IMG/VR virus record: IMGVR_UViG_3300036861_000645
Span: 1 to 62,960 of that record
Source: a virus
Lineage: Duplodnaviria; Caudoviricetes
Reading direction: 5' to 3' (one strand)
Length of the DNA: 62,960 nt
Shown here: piece after piece, positions 62,471 to 62,960 of the stretch
Numbering within the stretch: position 1 is the stretch's first letter
How the letters are laid out: every line of letters begins with the position of its first letter
Notes under the pieces: generated by a model
The model's input: only the letters and a program-made list of their open reading frames with translations
Database searches by the model: none
Told to the model about the DNA's origin: nothing
Position numbers and translations under genes: made by a program

Positions 62471-62742
62471 TTCGCATCCTCATATTGGTTAATCGCCTTC
62501 TGCGCATCGGCCTCGATCTTCCGGAGCGCGTCTCCGAAATTATCACAGGCGAACTCCAGATCGGTGCAGTCTGCGCCGCCCTGCTTCAGGTGGACGACCT
62601 TCTCTGCGAGCATATTCAGGCTGCGGCGCGTGGACACGGCTTCCGCGAGCGTCCATGCGGCCAGTATGGCCGCCTTGCGCAGGCGCTCGAATTCCTCGGG
62701 AAAATCGTCGGCGAGCCTAGGGAACGGGGTGTTGGCCATCAT
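62467..62742 (-). CDS. Hypothetical protein
   Basis: ATGA-coupled to the Gly-Tyr repeat gene stop. Confidence 0.55.
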   Translation of the reverse strand: MMANTPFPRLADDFPEEFERLRKAAILAAWTLAEAVSTRRSLNMLAEKVVHLKQGGADCTDLEFACDNFGDALRKIEADAQKAINQYEDAK

Positions 62743-62960
62743 GTGCACTCACCGAGAACTTCCCTACAAAGAGCCCCATATTTTTCCTCATCGCCGATAA
62801 CCTCACCGATGAGGGCGACAATCCACCAGCGCTCGCCCTTCCATTTTGTCGGCAGATGCGTGGCGTGAAGCGTACCGCGCGAGCAGAGATCCAGCGGCCC
62901 GTCAGTCTTGTCGATGTGGCCGGGGTTGACGGGATCGCCTTTGCCGCCATTGCAAGGCCG
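62739..62960 (-). CDS. Gly-Tyr repeat protein, 3' part (joins 1-500)
   Basis: ...KWKGERWWIVALIGEVIGDEEKYGALCREVLGECT stop at 62739-62741. Confidence 0.8.
   Translation of the reverse strand, partial: RPCNGGKGDPVNPGHIDKTDGPLDLCSRGTLHATHLPTKWKGERWWIVALIGEVIGDEEKYGALCREVLGECT
62839..62957. repeat. Terminal direct repeat, copy 2
   Basis: Identical to 1-119. Confidence 0.95.

Noticed and set aside
62839-62957. Biological terminal repeat of the virion DNA
   Set aside because: Falls mid-gene and its length fits an assembler k-mer overlap

Overview
This window looks like a complete, circularly assembled genome (~62.84 kb; bases 1-119 recur at 62839-62957) of a GC-rich tailed phage, probably infecting an alphaproteobacterium (inference). 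It has a BPP-1/T7-like podovirus virion module: terminase, portal, scaffold, major capsid, Bbp16-like cement, tubular tail A/B and three ejection proteins. It also has lambdoid-style replication (DUF1376 initiator, split primase-helicase), ERF/YqaJ recombination genes, two DNA methyltransferases, a two-domain glycosyltransferase inside the head operon, many fibre/depolymerase genes, a pesticin-like endolysin and seven HNH genes. I see no DNA or RNA polymerase, tyrosine integrase, CI repressor, reverse transcriptase or CRISPR array. The most unusual signals are: (1) a circularly permuted tRNA-like RNA at 7037-7120 just upstream of the packaging genes; (2) a bidirectional array of small genes around a degenerate serine-resolvase-like gene, with recurring junction motifs (53193-58943); (3) free-standing HNH genes that seem to have inserted at gene starts and duplicated the start; (4) two overprinted genes, an M.EcoHK31I-like beta subunit and an ORF with a strong RBS inside the giant ejection gene. 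All family assignments come from motif recognition by eye; no database searches were run.
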